A DNA stretch of 62,947 nucleotides, filler included, from Sphacelaria rigidula (lineage: Eukaryota), in NCBI GenBank assembly GCA_964200075.2. It is 11 parts of 11 records of this genome, joined end to end, with 100 filler letters (N's around TTAATTAATTAA, not from the genome) between each part and the next. Parts side by side here need not be neighbours in the genome. Positions count along the whole stretch, not along the records: positions 57,317 to 62,947 come from CAXNAA020025722.1; 10 more parts are not named here. One strand, 5' to 3'. The position numbers were made by a program, and so were the translations under genes. How positions within the stretch are numbered: the stretch's first letter is position 1; each line of letters opens with the position of its first letter. Positions 60,256 to 62,947 of this stretch are shown here, piece by piece. The notes beneath the pieces were generated by a model that made no database searches, was not told the DNA's origin, and saw only the letters and a list, made by a program, of their open reading frames with translations.

Positions 60256-61890
60256 TACCCATCAAGCGTCGCCTCGGAACAGTTTCACAGGGTGACAGTC
60301 CAGGTTCATCTGAGGGTTCGCAGAGAGCGGGGGGTGGGGGCAGGAGGGGGGTGGGGGGGGGTCGAGAGGGGATAGGGACCTGTTTGCAGGACAGCCGAAA
60401 AGTTCATCTCGTCAACCATGTATGCTCGGAACTTTCTCAGGAAAATGATGAGCGAGGAACGAGGCCCGAGAGGAGCCGAAATACTTTTTTCTGACCAATC
60501 ACGGAAATCAACATGGTGTATTTTGTTCCCCTGCAGGTGGACTTGAGGTGGACTACTTCGCCGTCTAGCCGCATTTCTCACGTTTATACTCGGAGTTCAA
60601 CCATAGATGACATGGACATAAACAACGTGCTTATTGGCTCTTGCTCGTAGTGCATGCCGCCTGCTTGCCACCTCATGTGTTGCCAGCATAGCTTCACACT
60701 GCCTGTAGTAATATTAATGCGGAACACTATTATGGGCAGAGATATCAGCAGAGCGTGCAGCAGACTGTACTTGGAGAGCGATGGGACGCTGTATTTTTCT
60801 CGCCGTTGTGCCCAGCGAAGACATGCGAGTACAGCGCACACACTGGCTCTGCACTAAAATTGACTGCAGGTTCAACACCGGTCAGCCGTTCTCCGGGACT
60901 AATTTCTGCATAGATGCCATACATCCACGTGTTGACGAAAGGCGGGCGTTTTGTGTCGCGAGAAAAAAGCTGCTGTGAACCCCAAATGTGGCACAGTCCA
61001 TCTCAGTCCACCTGCGGGGGCGTACTCATTTGTTGCTTTCCTTAGTCGTTTGACCAGTGACCACGCATCCCTTTCGAGACGGAGCACCGTTCGTACTCCT
61101 AATAAAGTCCGCCTGTGGGGGGGGATCGCTGATAAAGGGTTAACCCTTACCCCAAGCCAAGGCATACCAAGAACCCTAGGACAAGGGGGACGCAGAGGGT
61201 TCCTCCAGGTAAAGGGTGCTTTGGCGGTCCTTGATTCGGCGGCGCCGAAAGCGCAGATTTGGGCGAAACAAAAACGTGTTCTGCGGCACGGTTGTAGCAC
61301 TCGAGACTGTCAGCCGCACTGAAGTTCTGAATTTTAGTGTTCGCACTTTTCTGTTGCGCAAGACTTTTCCCACCCTGAGGCCATGTTGCAGAGGCCGACC
61401 ATACACTGTTTTTTTCTTCAGTCTACTCTTTGTTTTTTGTTCCATCACCTTTCTTATCATCGCTATGGTTGGCGATCTTGGTCCCTGAGTTGGGCTCCCC
61501 TCCTGTGAAGAAGTGGGAAAAAAATAAAATGTAATCAGACCGCGAAAAACTTAACGCGGGCGCAATATAAGAACAAAGGAAAAGGAATTATATACGCAAG
61601 CGAAGAGAACAAATAAAATATTAACCTCATGAGTTCCGGTGTCAAGGGAACATTCGGACTGCTGGACGCAGTGTATATAGGGCACACTCTGGATAATGAC
61701 GATAGAACACACAATCAAGGAGCGTACTGCGTACATAATTGATTCTTGCGCGTATTGCAAATGACGAAATATTCCATACTGTACGCTGTACATTTTTTTC
61801 ACGAGAGAATCTATCGTCCAGGGTGTGGTTTGGTGAGAGACAAAGAATACACCAACGTACCAAAACTCTCGATCGAAAAATGAATGTCAG

Positions 61891-62040
61891 GGGACGGGGC
61901 AAATCAGCGGCCATCGGGATGTGCCTCGCCGGCGCGATCGCCTACGGGTACAGCAACATATTCGTCACGGCCCCCTCTCCGGAGAACCTGGCGACTGTCT
62001 TCGAGTTCGTTCTCAAGGGCTTCGATTTGCTGCACTTCAG
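61891..62040 (+). CDS. NAT10: RNA cytidine acetyltransferase NAT10/Kre33, helicase-domain exon
   Basis: atgtcag|...AG|gtgagt. RGRGKSAAIG..AIAYGYSNIFVTAPSPENL..FEFVLKGFD carries the Walker A motif and the NAT10 signature. Confidence 0.96.
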
Positions 62041-62632
62041 GTGAGTGAGCTCCTCAATATGCATGTACGTTCGCATACTGTCGTTTTCCGGTCTCTGTCT
62101 CTCTGTCTTTCCGTTTGTCTGTCTATCCGTTTGTCTGTCTCTCGCCATCACGCCCTCTCCCTCTTTCTGTGCGCGCATGCTTCTCATTTGCAGTACATCG
62201 TGTCTGGTTTAGGAGTGGGGGGGGGGGGGGGGGGGGGAGGGGCGTTAATGATGTTCGTATGCGGCTTGCTCTCTGTTTTGGTTGAGATTTTGTTTTCGTG
62301 TGTGTGTATGGTCGTGCCCACCCGCGTGTGCTGCAAAACGCGGTACGGTTTTCTTGAAGTGTGTTTGTGTGTTTATTTGCGTTCGGTTGGGGACGGCGTT
62401 GGTTTCTGTTCTCAGGCTGAGTTTTTTTGTATTCCCAATCGCAACAAGCTTTCTTTTTTATTGTACGCGGAAAAAATGATGAAACTGTTATCTTTTGGCC
62501 AAATCCACCCCTATTTCCCTCTCCTGGCCCGCCGTCGTGCGCTCCCACGTGCGTGGTCATCCCTTCTTGTCTCCTCTTTTTTTTTCTTTCGCTGCTGTTG
62601 TTGCGGTGGTTGTTGTTGCTGCACGCCTGCAG

Positions 62633-62752
62633 TGAACATTTGGACTACGAGGTGATCCAGAGCACAAACCCAGACTTCAACAGGGCTGTCGTGAGGATAA
62701 ATGTGTTCAAGGATCACAGACAGACGATCCAGTACATACAGCCGCACGACAG
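62633..62752 (+). CDS. NAT10: NAT10/Kre33, next exon
   Basis: cctgcag|...AG|gtgaat, phase-2 join: EHLDYEVIQSTNPDFNRAVVRINVFKDHRQTIQYIQPHD. Confidence 0.96.
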
Positions 62753-62947
62753 GTGAATAATCAAGTAATCAAAAGACTTCCTTCGACAGAGCAGGTCGCA
62801 CACATGAAATCACATGTATCATTCACCCAAGATCCTCTTCCCCCTCTCGCCCCCCCCCCCCCCCCCCCCTGACACACCCCCCCCCACCCCCCCCCCCCCC
62901 CCCCCCCCCAACACAGACCCCCACCAACACACCCACCCCAAACCACC

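Noticed and set aside
55335..62752. Functional cluster of RNA-metabolism genes (SUV3 next to NAT10)
   Set aside because: They lie on different contigs joined only by length sorting.

Overview
This is eukaryotic, intron-rich, repeat-rich DNA, most consistent with a brown alga (Phaeophyceae, stramenopile). That assignment is inferred from exon/intron style and from LINE and Gypsy peptides that resemble Ectocarpus elements as I recall them; no search was run. The window is not contiguous. It is 11 unrelated contigs (six of 5632 bp, then five of 5631 bp) sorted by length and joined by 100-bp artificial spacers (N44-TTAATTAATTAA-N44), so gene neighbourhood across spacers is meaningless. Spliced gene fragments include NAT10/Kre33, a SUV3-like helicase, an NPSN-like Qb-SNARE, an ankyrin plus 3xWW protein, a malic enzyme exon, an importin-beta-type exon and several unknown genes. 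Most of the rest is transposon-derived: a decayed Gypsy integrase, two LINE families, three tRNA-derived SINE families, a 5S-derived copy, and many TIR elements with readable target-site duplications (TSDs). The most interesting signal is absent from the ORF track: a spliced, extremely Arg-rich (protamine-like) reading frame at 104-1169. The next most interesting are a non-autonomous retroelement with 50-bp direct repeats plus a LINE-type 3' tail, and TIR elements with unusual 6- and 7-bp TSDs.
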